Assembly (NCBI RefSeq): GCF_009914755.1
Contig: NC_060927.1
Source: the human T2T-CHM13v2.0 reference genome, Homo sapiens
DNA: 64,000 bases
Direction: 5' to 3' (one strand)
Positions 27,876 through 41,500 of this stretch are shown one piece after another; within the stretch, counting starts at the first letter, position 1; each line of letters starts with the position of its first letter. Under the pieces are notes generated by a model. The model worked only from the letters and a program-made list of their open reading frames with translations. It made no database searches and was not told the DNA's origin. The position numbers and the translations under genes are program-made.

Positions 27876-30505
27876 AGCACGGGACGGAAGTGCTTCTGGA
27901 CGGAAGTGGTGGCTGTGGAAGGCGTAGCATCATCCTGCAGACAGACAATAATTCTGGAGATACTGGTGGAAGTTCCAAGTCCAATAAGACACTCAAATAT
28001 GAGTACAAATGCCTTAAAATGGAATTGAAAAACTCTTTATTTTCCCCTATCATTTATTGGATGGGTGGGTGGGGTATTTTTTTGTAATTGCTTTTTTAAA
28101 TATTAGTTAATGGATTAAATTTAATTCTTCAGCGTAAAATGGTGAAGAACTAGCATATAGCCATTGATCATAAACTGACTATCATAAAATCAAAACAAGT
28201 GAAATAACAAAATGGACATGGTGGCTTTGTTTAGGTAGAGCCACAAAAGAAAAGACTTGTAATATTTTTATATACAGAGGAAATCTGTAACAGGTATTTT
28301 GTTTCTTTTAAAGCAAGCAACACAGAGGAATTTATACCTCAAACTATCTGGCCATATTTACTACCTTATCACTGCATTATTCTCTTTTATCTGTTTAAAG
28401 CATATAGAGATGAAGTTTGTAGTTGTTTTAAGTACTACACATTTTTAAATTGTTAGCTTCCTTAAGTATATCATGTAAAGAAATGTCTTAATTTTTGAAA
28501 AAAGTACATATTTATTTTCTTTTGAATTGTTTTTATTGTTTTCTATTTATGCCTTGATGATTTAATATGGATTTGTTACAGCCAAGTGCCAAATGCTCTC
28601 TCAAATTGTCAGCAATTTAACTAGACACAGATAATAATGGGTTTCTTTCAGATTTTTTGAACCATCCACTTACATATATTTTTAAAAAATGAAATCCTTT
28701 TCCTGTTCATACACTAACCAAATCTCTCAAATCTGTTATCCCAATCATTGTTGCCTCTCCGTTTATTATAAACTGTATGCTCACAACTTAGTGTAATATA
28801 CCAGCTTGTATGCAATGGATTTTCAACCAGATAACATACCTTTCCTGCTCTGGTGCTTAGAGACTATCAACTCCCTCCTTTAGTGAAGGAGCCGTGTTAG
28901 AGCTTCCGAGAATAGCTCCACTGGAGAGAAGTGGAATCCTATATAGAATGCTGCACTAATTGACAACACAGCCTATAGGCCAATGCATGAGTAAAAAAAA
29001 AAACAATTACTGGCTCACTGGCTTTGAAAAGTCACTTACTATTGTTGCTGAAACTTGCTGAGCTGTTTATAGAGAATGATGATAACAGAACTTTTCCTCT
29101 GTATCACTGGTGTTTAGGTGAATTAATTAAACATTGTGATCATTAGTACCAGGTATTATTATCTTTAAGAGTCTTCCACTTCAATGCACATGGTGCAGTT
29201 TTGGTGTGTAACTTAGAAGGATTGAACTTCTTTGAATTTACTGGACATAACATTTTCAGAATAGTTGGTCATCTAGCAACCGCCTCAAAATGTGTAAGCA
29301 GGAGAGAAATTTCTCATCACAGGGATTTAGACTTACTATTACATAAAGGCTAACTATGAGCTTGCTCATTAATTTTGAAAAGATGTACCTGGTGGATATC
29401 TAGCTAGTAATATATTCTGAAGCAACATTTTAGCTCTATTGATACTCTTTCTAATGCTGATATGATCTTGAGTATAAGAAATGCATATGTCACTAGAATG
29501 GATAAAATAATGCTGCAAACTTAATGTTCTTATGCAAAATGGAACGCTAATGAAACACAGCTTACAATCGCAAATCAAAACTCACAAGTGCTCATCTGTT
29601 GTAGATTTAGTGTAATAAGACTTAGATTGTGCTCCTTCGGATATGATTGTTTCTCAAATCTTGGCAATATTCCTTAGTCAAATCAGGCTACTAGAATTCT
29701 GTATTGGATATATAAGAGCATGAAATTTTTAAAAATACACTTGTGATTATAAAATTAATCACAAATTTCACTTATACCTGCTATCAGCAGCTAGAAAACA
29801 TTTTTTTTTTAAATCAAGTATTTTGTGTTTGGAATGTTAGAATGAGATCTGAATGTGGTTTCAATCTAATTTTTTCCCAGACTACTATTTTCTTTTTTAG
29901 GTACTATTCTGAGCATACTCAACAAAACCCATGCATTTCATAAACTAATAGAAGTTGAGGATTGTTGAATCTATTTCACTTATTTTGGCTGTGGTTTCCA
30001 TCTGAAAGTAGAGGTTGTATACACCATATACTGTTCTTCATTTTATTAATATTTTTCTCCTTGACCTCTCATAAATTTACTTTACACAATTCTTACCCTG
30101 TACATATGTAAACATAAGTGTACGATTCTTAACCATGGAGTAGAGGTACTAGAATGCTTACGGCCATCTCTTTGTACAGGAACTGCATTGACTTTCAGTA
30201 AACATAAAGCCACAACTCCTACATGATGTTATGTACCATATGATCTGTTTTGTATCTTAAATTTGATTTACATATATTATTTATTTCTGGTAACTCACTC
30301 AGTTTATGCTGTGCTAAATATCAATCAAGCCATGTATAAATGTGATATGATTGGCAATATGTGTTTACTTTAAACTTGTCTTTTCAAAATATTACTCAGT
30401 TTATGTTGTACAATGTAGATGGCCTCTTACTAATGTAAAATGATTTGTAGTGGAAACATTTATATTTTTATAATAAACATAATGAAAATATTTTTTACAG
30501 ATTGG
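27876..30505 (+). other. EPHA3: EPHA3 3'UTR (about 2.6 kb)
   Basis: Repeat-free AU-rich stretch after the stop, with ATTTA motifs and a TGTACATA Pumilio-type site at 30099-30106; the end is inferred from the poly(A) signal. Confidence 0.8.
30472..30477 (+). terminator. EPHA3 polyadenylation signal AATAAA
   Basis: Canonical hexamer preceded by several TGTA (CFIm) elements at 30407-30450 and followed by U/GU-rich sequence. Confidence 0.75.
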
Positions 30506-31619
30506 AATACAGAAGTGGTCTTTGAAGTTTTTTAAAAATATATAAAACTATGTGCTTATTTAAACAGCAAAATAATGAAATTTACATAAGTCACAAAAAT
30601 ATGCTTCTGGGCTTTTATTCTCCATTAGTGAGGAGGGATTTACATTGTATAATCCACATGTTTTTGGTCTACATCTCATTATGAATAAGCCAGAAAAATA
30701 ATCAGTAAATGTTATTTCAAAGTTAATAAACACAACTGTAATAGACAGTTCTCTTTTGATTGCAAATAACAGAAAACAAATAAATTGGATTAATTTTCTA
30801 AAAAAGAAAATGTTTAGAATAAGTGACAGAATTATCTGGGGATAAACTCCCTAGCTAAGAGATCAGACACAGATTGAACCAGGAATTCAAACAATGTCAA
30901 CAGGGTTAATTCTCTCATTCTTTGTCTTCTTCCCTTGGCCCTATTTTTTTTCCAACTGGGTTGATTTGCAAGCTATACCTTTCTACAAGGTAAAAAATAC
31001 TACTCTCTTTAATCTAATTCTGCATTGCAACTCCTATGAAAGAATTACTGTCTCTCTAGTTCCAACAGAGATCATGAGGCCTTTCTTGGATCACAAGCCC
31101 TATCATTTTGGGCTGGAGAATGAATCACTCAGATTGGCAAGTACTGACTCCTGTGCTTGCCCTTGGAGATAGTGTGTGGGGTTATATGAAAGTGATGCTC
31201 AGGGGTTAGAGGTGTAAAAGTAATTTATGTCCAACAGAAAGTCAGAATACTGTTTATGACAAACGAAGAAAGGAATTCTGGCCAGGTCAAATAAAGCAAG
31301 TAAAAATTAAAAAAAAAAAAAAAAGTACAACTGCACACCTGATACTTTGTATACAATAGGTCCCTTGTCATTGCAGTCCACTTAAAGAAAATGATTATAT
31401 ATGAAAATCAAAAAAAGCTAATTCAAAAATATGCAAAATAAAATAAGTGATCAACATTCCCATAGAGAAGGAAGTGGTTAGGAAGAGATTAAAAAAACAG
31501 GTCTGATTTGTGTTTGCCTTGAAGGAGAAATAGCATTTGGTCAAGTTGAGTGGAGTAGAGAATACCTTGTAAGCAGGAGATAAGTTAGTTAAGTTAAGGG
31601 GAAGAGAAGAGGTAAATAA

Positions 31620-31850
31620 TATATTTATTCATTCAATAAATACATAGTATGCATGATCATGAGCCAGTTGTTTTGCTATCATCATTTACAAGTTACCTCA
31701 TTAAATCGTTTGCAACAGTGCTGTGAATGGAGATGAGCTACTTTTATCTGAGAAAGGACTCCAGGCTCAGAATGTCCAAGTCACCTTCCCAAGGTCACCC
31801 TAGTATGTAGATAGATATTTCAAACTGGAATCTTCCTATTCTGTATTCCT
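31620..31850. mobile_element. L2/MIR fragments
   Basis: ttattcattcaataaata (L2 end); aggctcagaa...cccaaggtcac (MIR). Confidence 0.55.
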
Positions 31851-32954
31851 CCCATCATGTGATAGCTACTATAATCTCCACAATGCTCTGGGGACAGTGG
31901 CAATGACAATTTGCAGAAGAGGCTTGGGGGAGACTAGGTCTAATAGACTATGTGATGTTAGAAATCTATTTTGGTATTCTATGCACAAAGATATACATCT
32001 ACCCCAGGATGGTGGTAATAGAGATGTGAAGAATGGAAAGCATACAAAAATATATAAAAGAAAGAGGATTAACAAAATTTACCGATTTGTTCTGAGAATT
32101 CTTCGAAAGATAGAAATCAAAGCAAAACAAAAATTTAGGTCTTGAGTGTCTGTGGAAATGATGGCACCATTAGTCCAAGTAGAGAATAAGGAGAAGTCAG
32201 CTTAACATCATGGGTTTGTCAAATATATAGTGTAAGCCAGACTTTAATAAGTTACTAAGTATTGGGGATGAGAATCTGAAGCTTTAAGAAAAAGAATTCA
32301 AGGGTAAAAATGTATATGGAAAGATGTCTTTGAAAGTATGTAAAGATCTACATTACAAATATTTATGTGTTTCCTATATAGACATATATTTTTCTTGGAA
32401 GACCTCTTAGGTTAATGCTAGCTACATAGTTAAGTTCTCAAATATTATCAACTTAAAATAATAAAAATATGTTTTTTAACACAGAATGATCCAAAGTAGG
32501 TGTTTGCCAGGTGGCCTTCTTTGCAATAATTAAGAATCTACACTTTCTCCATCTTGTCGAGCCTTGAAATCCTCTACTTCCAGCCAGGAAAATGAAGGAG
32601 AGGATCATTTGGGGGGATTTTATGAACTCTGCTTGTAAGTGGTACATACCACTTCTTCTCTGGTTCCACTGGCAACAACTCAACCACACTGGCATACTTA
32701 ACTGCAAGAGAACATAAAGAGAGTTGTCTGACAGTGTGCCTAAATAAAAATGGAAAATTTCTGGAATTTATATCACAATCTCTGCCACAACTCCTTTTAA
32801 CATAAATAATATGTCAGAGGCAGATTGTTCTAAAAAGCTTATCAGAGAAACATCAGTTTCTTGCTAACTGTGCCAATTTCTTTTCCTCTATAGGCAACCA
32901 TTTTTCATTCTTTTCTCTTATTACATAAATCCAATACCTCTACTAATGGCACTT

Positions 32955-33420
32955 GTCAGCTATGTGAGTACACTGCTCAGATTTCCTTTCAAGAGAGTTT
33001 CTTGCAAGAGAGCAGTTAGCTGACAACTGTGAGCTGCTATATTTTCAAAATCCCCAGCATATTTTTAGCAGGCCATGCTCTACCTTGGTTAATGCCTGTC
33101 AATGACTGAGTATGGTGGAAGTACTAGTGCCAGGCCATTTCTTCACAAGTGGTAAATCCCTTTAACAAGCGTATTTTGTGTTCTAATCATCCTGACTGAA
33201 GCTTGCTCAGGCATACCCTACAGTCTGATCTCCCTACTACTCAATTTTCCTTCCTTCACTCTTTCCTTTTATAGGTGTCAGAACTGTATTTCTATCTGCA
33301 AGCTCCTTGTGTTTTCTCTTAAACCCTGTTCCAATGATGTTACCCAGGCATTTCTAGCAAAAAATATTTGCGGGTTTAATTCTTTCTGTGTCTGATTCTT
33401 GAAAATCTTAAACTTAGATG
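32955..33420. mobile_element. Old ERVL-type LTR (LTR16-like)
   Basis: ctgctcagatttcc, gcagttagctgaca, aggccatttct motifs; family call tentative. Confidence 0.4.
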
Positions 33421-34038
33421 ACTCTCAAGTTGACTCACTTGGAAAACTAAAATGTTATCCTTCATTCTTCTCTCTGCCTTTTCTTCAGTGTCTAACTGAT
33501 CCCCTAACAATGCCACCTTAGAAACGCTCACTCTCATCCCTTTTCTCTACTGCCCAGCAGAATCTCTGTTGGATCCTCATTACTTTTCTGAGTTACAGAT
33601 GGAATTTCTTAAATTGTGCCCCTGATTCTAGTCTTGATATCTTCAACCTACAAAAGTAGGTTGAATATGCAGCCAGACTAATACGGCAAAGTTAATGTTG
33701 TAGTTCCTCCTCAGGAGGCTTGCAAACGCAAATGCCTCAGGGAACTGGCAGGTTATATAAATGAGTGAAGCAAGTGAAGAGTGTGGTGACCCATAAAAGT
33801 GCCTTTTCTTCCACGAAAAGCAAATTTCTCAGGTGTAAGGCAACACCGATCCAGTATGAATTCCTGGTTTTTCCTTTTCTTTGTTTTTAAGGTTTAAGGA
33901 AACTAGGTTTTAATTTTTTAAGTTTTTGTAGGTACATGGTAAGTGTATATATTAATTCTTGATTTTTCAAGAGAATCCTTAATCTGAGTCTTTGTGGAAA
34001 AATTTCTATATATTTAAATTATAACCCACTTATTTATG

Positions 34039-34039
<1 letters not shown>

Positions 34040-34079
<40 letters not shown>
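34040..34079. repeat. (CA)n microsatellite
   Basis: About 20 perfect units. Confidence 0.95.
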
Positions 34080-34083
<4 letters not shown>

Positions 34084-36999
34084 AATTTACCCTGCAGCTG
34101 CCAACTTTTTATTTCTAAAATACAGACTACTCATTGGTATTGGCACATGAGACCTATCTTGAATAAAACCCGGCTTCTCTCCTTATTTTCTGGTTAACCC
34201 ACTACCTCCTTACACTCTATACAACTGTACTGACCCACTTGTAGTTCTCTGAGTATTCCACTTTCTTAATGCATCATAGCTTTTGACTTTTTTGATCTTT
34301 TGTCTAGAATCACTTAGCCAATCTCTAATCATTCTTCAGGTCCTCTTATATCCCTAAAAACTGGGTTAGGTAACCCTTCCTCGTGCAGCAGTAGAACCCT
34401 GTACTTAATACTGACACACACTATCTTAACCAAAATTGCCTATTCTTTATGCCCTATCTTTACTTCTAGCTGAGGACACCTTGAACTGTGTTTTGCAAAC
34501 CATTGTTGTTGCATCACCTATTGCAATTTTCCTGGTATATAATAAACACAAAATTTTTTTGAGTTGAATTAATATATTAAAACAATGTTTGATGGCATTA
34601 TAAATGGCAATGTATCTGATTATTTTTTCCCCGTAGGAAAAAGTGTAAATTTCCTTCAGCTCAATAAAGCTAGTTAATGTTCTAGTTATATATCTTGGAT
34701 CATTGAATATACTGATCTCTGCTAGAACTGGTTCATTTTCATAGAATTTTGTGGACTTGTTTCATTGGTCTCAATGCTCCCACTTTTCTTAGTGCAGTTA
34801 AGTTGTTTAAGTAGACCCTTGAACCAGAGCTTAGCTATAAAAATTTAACAAGGTAAATGCCAAAGCTTTTCTGATCCTTTCTACTTTCTCACTATGTACA
34901 AATAATGTCAACATGCCTACTAAAAGCTACCCTTCTTATGAGGCTTCTGGGATGCACATTCTGTTGACACACAGGCTCTAGATGCCATTTGGGAAAATAA
35001 GTGGTGGAGTTAGATATGCCATAAAATGAAGAGTTTGGAGGTTTGCAGAAGTCCTCACCCTGAAATTCTCTGGGAAAACTCAGTTACATGTTGATGAAGA
35101 ATAGTAATAATTGAATCGCATTTTCCAACAAAGTGGGCTATCAGCTTTCCTCTTTGAAGAAAGGTAATTTTCCACTTAACTTAGAAATAAAGTGGTGCTA
35201 GCAATAGTAATAATAGAAGAAAAGAAGTTGCTTTTCTTCTATTATGTGCATGTTACATATATGTACACACACATATAAACTAACTTTTCTGAATAATTAT
35301 AATTGATGTACATTGAACTTTTACTCTGTACAAAGCCCTTAACATATATTATTTGATCTAATTTTTCCAAGAACTTAATGAAATAAGTATGTTGTTATCC
35401 ACTTTATAGGTTGCAACTTAGAATAGCTAATAATCACACAAGGTCATACAGCTAGCAAGCAGAAGAACTGAAGTCAAAATCGCTCCAGATCTCTTGTTCT
35501 GAACTATTATGTTGTATTAGCTGTCAGTATAATATTACAACTTGAGGATAAAATCTGAAGGACAATAATAAAAACTATTCCAGAATTAAGATCTTGGGTA
35601 GTCTCTATTTTCCACTTTTCAATGTGCAATTGTAATTCAGTAATTCTGCTAGTAGAAACATAGTTCTGCAGAATCCTTTGATTGTTACTACCATGGTAGA
35701 GGAAGGAACAGGCAGTTATCCTTGATTTCATTTCTGAGAACTCCATTTCAACAGCATGAGATTTGCTTGACATACAGTGAACCCTTCAAGCAAACATGTT
35801 CCCTTGAACATTCAACAAATAATCTAATTTGGAAACACCAAATACCACAAGGAAAAAGTAGTACTTTTGTTCTATTTTCTGACAGATTTCCACACCAGTG
35901 ATTTATGGACGTATGTTAAGTTTAGGATTCTTATCTGAAGCCAAGAAAAAAACCTTTATATTTTTGAAGCCTATCATCCTCAATGATGGAAGCCAAACCC
36001 TTGGAATGTTGCTAAAATCAAGGATGAGAGAATACAGAATGTCATGTACTATCAAGAACTTATTGACTTTCATATGGTTCTCATTTATTCTCATACATGG
36101 CAAATTGAAAGCCTTGGGAGGAAGCCAATACAAATTGTTACAGATAACACTATCTAAATTTAACTGCCATAGGTATGCTTCATATAATAAATATATATTT
36201 CATATCAGCAACTCAGCAAGGCAAAAATTGAAACAGACTCTAGTCAAAATTCATTTGGACACAATCCTTCAGAGAAGACTCAATTTGCCAATATAATTAT
36301 TTATCTTGGTCTGGAGAGCCCTTAATACTCAATTTTATGTTTCTGACTCTAGAGATTTTATACACACACACATATATATACACATACATATATACACATA
36401 AAATACTCTATGGAAGTTAGAACATTGAAATCATAACAATATCTTAGGGTAATAAAATTAAGTTTGAATACATGAAAGTTTAGTACCTGCCTGCAGAATC
36501 AAATAGATTAATTTGTTGATATTTTCAAATTTTTAAAGACATTTTTGCAACAGAATTTTTTCTTGGTTTAATGGGTTCAGTTTGAGGCATCATTTGAGCA
36601 TTAAAGGCTGTGGCATGACATTAATTTTTAGCCTAGTGTGATGGTTCATTTATCAAGTGCTTAACAGAGTATCTAGTATACAATAGGCTAGTAGGCATAC
36701 AATTAGTCTTTGCCAAATGAATATTAAATGTATTGTTGGAGGACAAATGAACAATATTATCTATTTCAACAATTGTAGCAGAGATTCTGTGCAACATGCA
36801 GTTGCTTTCCATTTAGATTAATGTTTCTCTGAAACAGAAAGTTTTGTAGAGGAAAGTCTTATCTAACACATAGACAGATTCAGGGCCCAGCACATAGAAT
36901 AAACCCATAATTGTTGAATAATACACATTTATAATGTAAAATCACTATGGGTAACAAAGGAATCCTATTATACACTTTCCTACTCTGGATAAAGAGAAA

Positions 37000-37255
37000 T
37001 ATATATATTTACATACATATATACACATACTTAATTATTAAATGGATTAATTATATACATATATAAATATGAATATAATATATATAAATATGAACACAAT
37101 ATATAAATACAAATATGAATACATATATACATATATTTATATATACTTATGAATACATATATACATGTTTATATATACTTATAAATACATATATACATAT
37201 ATTTATATATGTATATAAACAAATTTATTTATATATATACACATATATTTATTTA
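37000..37255. repeat. TA-rich low-complexity repeat
   Basis: Directly visible. Confidence 0.85.
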
Positions 37256-37339
37256 TTATCTGGCTTACTAATACTTAAAGAATTAATAAATGCCAAAGCC
37301 AGGGATATGACTAAAAAACTAAGATATCTTTCCTTTTAA

Positions 37340-38160
37340 GATAGCTATGATTGCATAACATGAGACACTGTGGTTGCATAATATCATTCAGTGACTTAAA
37401 ACAACAAAAGTCACTTATTTCATGTTTTTTGCAGGTCAGGAATTTATACATGGGAAAGCTTGTCTCTGCTCCATGTTGCCTAAACTTCAGATGGAAGACT
37501 CAAACTCTGGCATTGGATTCTTCTGAATATTTATTTGTTCCTCTATCTGGTTATTGGTGTTGGCTATTATCGGGGATTCAGCTAAGCTCACACGTGCCTT
37601 CACAATGTGGCGGTTGGTTCCAAGTACAGACATCTGAAGGGAGGGGAGGAGAAAGAGGAAGGATGTGAGATTTTACCCTACTTACAAGCCAACAATTTGG
37701 CCTGCCACATTTTCATGGATATTGGCAGTTGTCATGAGGTTTCTGGGTCAGAGACAAAGAATAGTTTGGTACTCACAGCAGTGGCAGTATCCAGTGTCAC
37801 CATTTTCATACACGAATTCCCCAAGGCCTAATTTCTACAAAGTTCTGCAAAGAGAGCCAAGTCTTGCCTGCATATGCAATGAGTTTTGTTGAAGAAAAGG
37901 AAACTCATGTTTAAGGAACTACAATCTTTTATAATTGGCTGCAAGCAAAACTGCCTAACAATTTCTTCAGAGAGAAATGTCTTTATCATATCGGAGAGTT
38001 AACAAATCTACCATTTGCTGCAAAGGGGAGTACTATGTCTTTATTCCAAGGTTATTTACCATACAAATATCTTTGAAAAGATAATGCGGAAAAGAGGGCA
38101 GTTAGTGCCTCTGCTTGAAAGATATGCAGAAACATGAAAGACCCATAGAGAATCTTTTCC
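37340..38160. mobile_element. Nested old LTR fragments (MLT1-like, then ERVL-type LTR)
   Basis: agtgacttaaaacaacaa, ggtcaggaattt (MLT1); tttctgggtcagagacaaag...gggcagttagtgcctctgc (ERVL LTR-like); tentative. Confidence 0.45.
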
Positions 38161-38439
38161 TCCGAAAGACTCCTTTCAATCTTTGTGGTTAAGAACAATG
38201 AATAAATTTAATGTAAACTCATTAAAAGATTTAACCTCAAAAAATTTTAATATCCACATTTAAGATTTCTTTAGGAGAGAAGAAATCAACTCCCTTACCC
38301 TCATCCTCCTTTGGTTAGGAATGACTACACAGCATAGAAAACTTGGGACTGTTAGGCATTAAACAATCAAAAGATTCTTCTCAAATTAAGATAATAGCTT
38401 ACATGAATATTTTATGAAAAATAGCCACATTTGATAGGC

Positions 38440-38684
38440 TTTTCATTAAACCTATATATAATTTGGGTAGAATTCACACCTTTACAATGTTGAGTTTTTC
38501 AATCCACACATACGGTATGCCTCTTTGTTTATCTACATCTTCTCTGATGTCTTTCATTAGCATTTTGTAATTTTTAGCATAAAGATCTTATACAAGTATT
38601 TTTTTAATTTGTACTTAAGTACTTCAATTCCCTTGGCATAATTATAACTGATATATATATATGTGTATATAGATATACATATAT

Positions 38685-38724
<40 letters not shown>

Positions 38725-41500
38725 TTTTTGAGAACTCTGTCACCCAGACTGGAGTGCAGTGACACAATCTCGGCTCACCGCTACCTCTGCCTACCAGGCT
38801 CAAGCTATTCTGCTGCCTCGGTCTCCTGAGTAGCTGGGACTACAGGAGTGCACCACTTCTGTCCAGCTAATTTTTGGATTTTTAGTAGAGACAGAGTTTC
38901 ACCATGTTGGCCAGGCTGGTCTGGAACTCCTGGCCTTAAATAATCTACCAGCCTCAGCCTGACAAAGTGCTGGGATTACAGGAGTGAGCCACTTCTCCTG
39001 GCCCTAATATTATATTTTTAATTTCGGTTTCTACCTGTTAATTATTGAAACATGGAAATGTGATTAATTCTCTTGGGTTTGGTTATATATTCTACTATCT
39101 AGTTGCATTCATACATTAGTTCTAAGTTTTTATTTTGTAGATGCTTTGGGATTTTTCTATGTAGACAACCATGCCATCCCCAAACTGTGAAATTTTTACT
39201 TTTTTCCCTTCCACTTGTATGCATTTTTATTTCTTTTTCTTTCTTTATTACTCTGGCTAGAATTTCTCCTACTATGCTAAATAAAGTTGTGAGCAGACAT
39301 CTTTCCATTGTTCCCAGTCTTAGGAAGAAAGCTATCAGTCTTTCACTACTAAGTTTGATGTTACCTGAAATTTTTTGTAGATATTCCTTATCAAGTTGAA
39401 GATATTCCCCTCTATTTCAATTTTTCTGAGAGTTTTTTTTCATGAAAAAGTGTTGAAATTTTTCAGATTTTTTTTCTGCCTCAATTAGAATGATGATTTT
39501 TTTTTTCTTTTTGATTTGGTGATCATACTGATTGATTTTTGAATATGGAATTTGTCTTGCATACCTGGGGCAAAATATGCATTGTTCATGGTGTGTAATC
39601 ATTTAATACATTACTGAATTCAATTTCCTATGATTTTGTAGAGCAATTTGTGTTGAACTTTCTGACACATAGATAGGTGTAGTTTTTGCCCATCTTTTAC
39701 TTCTTTAATTTTTCTTTATTTTCTTTGTTGGGCTTTCGTATCAGGATAATACTGGCCTCATAAAATAAGTTGGAGAACATTCTTTTTTTATTTTCTGAAA
39801 GAGATTGTATAAAATTGTGCTAATTCTTTTGTAAGTGTTAGAGAATTCTCTAGTGAAATTACCTAGGCCTGGAGATTTCTCTCTCAAGCTATTTTAAATT
39901 ATAAACTCTATTTAATAACTACACAACTATTTAGTTTATTTCAAGTTGGTTCATTTTGGTAATTTGTAGCTTTTGAGGAATTTCTCAATTTTAAAAGAAT
40001 TGTCAAATGTGTGAGTATAAAAATAGTTTGTATTATTCCCTTGTTGTTCTAATCATTATGAAATAATACCACTTGTTTCATTACCAATGTTTATGATAAT
40101 TGTCATGACTATTTTTTGGATTTTTAACACTTTTATTAACTTTTTGGGATAAAATTTTTGTTTTGTTGGTTTTCTCTATTGTTTTTCTGTTTGATTCTTG
40201 TTTGTGTGTGCTGTTTATAATTTCTTTCATTTGCTTGCTTTGGGTTATTATTTTCTCTTTTTTTCTAGTCTCTTAAGGAGCTTAGATTGTTTATTTGAAG
40301 CATTTTCTCTTTTCAAAAATAATCATATAGTATTATAATTTTTCTTTTATTGCTATTTTAGCTGCATCTCATTAATATTGATGTTTGTTTTAATTTTCTT
40401 TCAATTCTCTGTATATTTTATTTGACTTCCTTTTTTATCCATGGATTATTTAAAAGTGTGTTTTTTAATTTTCAAATGTTTAGAGATTTTCCTCTTGTCT
40501 ATCATTGATTTCAAATTTGATTCTATTAAAATTAAATAGTATATTCTGCATGATTTCGATTATTTTAAATCTACTGAGGTTAGTTTAGTGAGCCAGCATA
40601 TGGTCTATCCTGGTGAATGTTTGGTGGACAATTAAATAGACTGCATATTGTGCTGTTATTGAGTGGAATGTTTTATCAATGTAAGTTGAATCTTATTGGT
40701 TGACAGTGTTTTTCCATTCTCCTCTGTCTTTGCTCTCTTTTTATCTAATGCTTCTATTTCCTGCTAACAGTGGGAATTTGAAGTTCTCAACTACAGGTAT
40801 AGATTGGCCCATTTCTTCTTTCAGCTCCATCCAATTTTGCTTTGTGTATTGAAAAGCTCTGTTTTTTTTTTTTTTTTTTTTTTTTTTTTGCACATACACA
40901 TTTAGGACACGATGTCTCTTGTTAGATTAATCCTGTCATTACTATGTAATACCTTTCTTTGTCCCTACTAATTTTCTTTGCTCTTAAGTCCACTTTATGT
41001 GTTATGCAATTATATATATATTACATATATTTATATGTAATATATATCATTATATATTGTATTGCCTCAGAGCTAAAGCAATTTTACCTCCTAAGGTAAA
41101 ATAGAGTATGCAAACAAATATTGGCCAAATACCTTACTTTTAAAAATTAATGTTTGCATAACATATTTTCATCCATCATTTTATTCTTAACACATCTGTG
41201 TCATTATTTTTGAAGTGAGCTTTTGTAGATTCAATGTAGTGGGGTCATCGTTTTTATCCATTCTGTCAACCTCTGTCTTTTAATTGATGTATTTATTCCA
41301 TTTATTTGTCAAGTAATTATATTATGGCTTAAGTCTGCTAATTTACTGTTTGTTTTCTGTTTCAAATTATGCCCTTTCTCTTTTCTTGCTTTTCTGTGGG
41401 TTCCTTGACCTAGTTTTATTTTAGAATTACATTTTTGTTTATAAAATTTTTGAATAATTTTGTATAATTTTCTTAATATGTGCTCAAGGTATGACAATAA
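38440..41500 (-). mobile_element. Old L1M ORF2 segment (about 3 kb), interrupted by an Alu
   Basis: T-rich antisense L1; degenerate minus-strand ORF2-like peptides (LFSIVGEILARVIKKEKEIK; IEAEKK). Confidence 0.8.
38685..39004 (-). mobile_element. Alu (S/J) with (TAAA)n tail
   Basis: ctggagtgcagt, gtagctgggactacagg, aaagtgctgggattacagg. Confidence 0.9.

Noticed and set aside
27876-28028. 50 open in-frame codons after the EPHA3 stop (possible readthrough extension masking the PDZ motif)
   Set aside because: The stop is TAA-A, not a leaky TGA-CTAG context; an open run of this length can occur by chance; no conservation evidence available
35898-36296. 132-aa ORF and other 60-120-aa ORFs in intronic/intergenic DNA
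   Set aside because: Mostly non-ATG starts, AT-rich composition, no splice or domain support; consistent with chance
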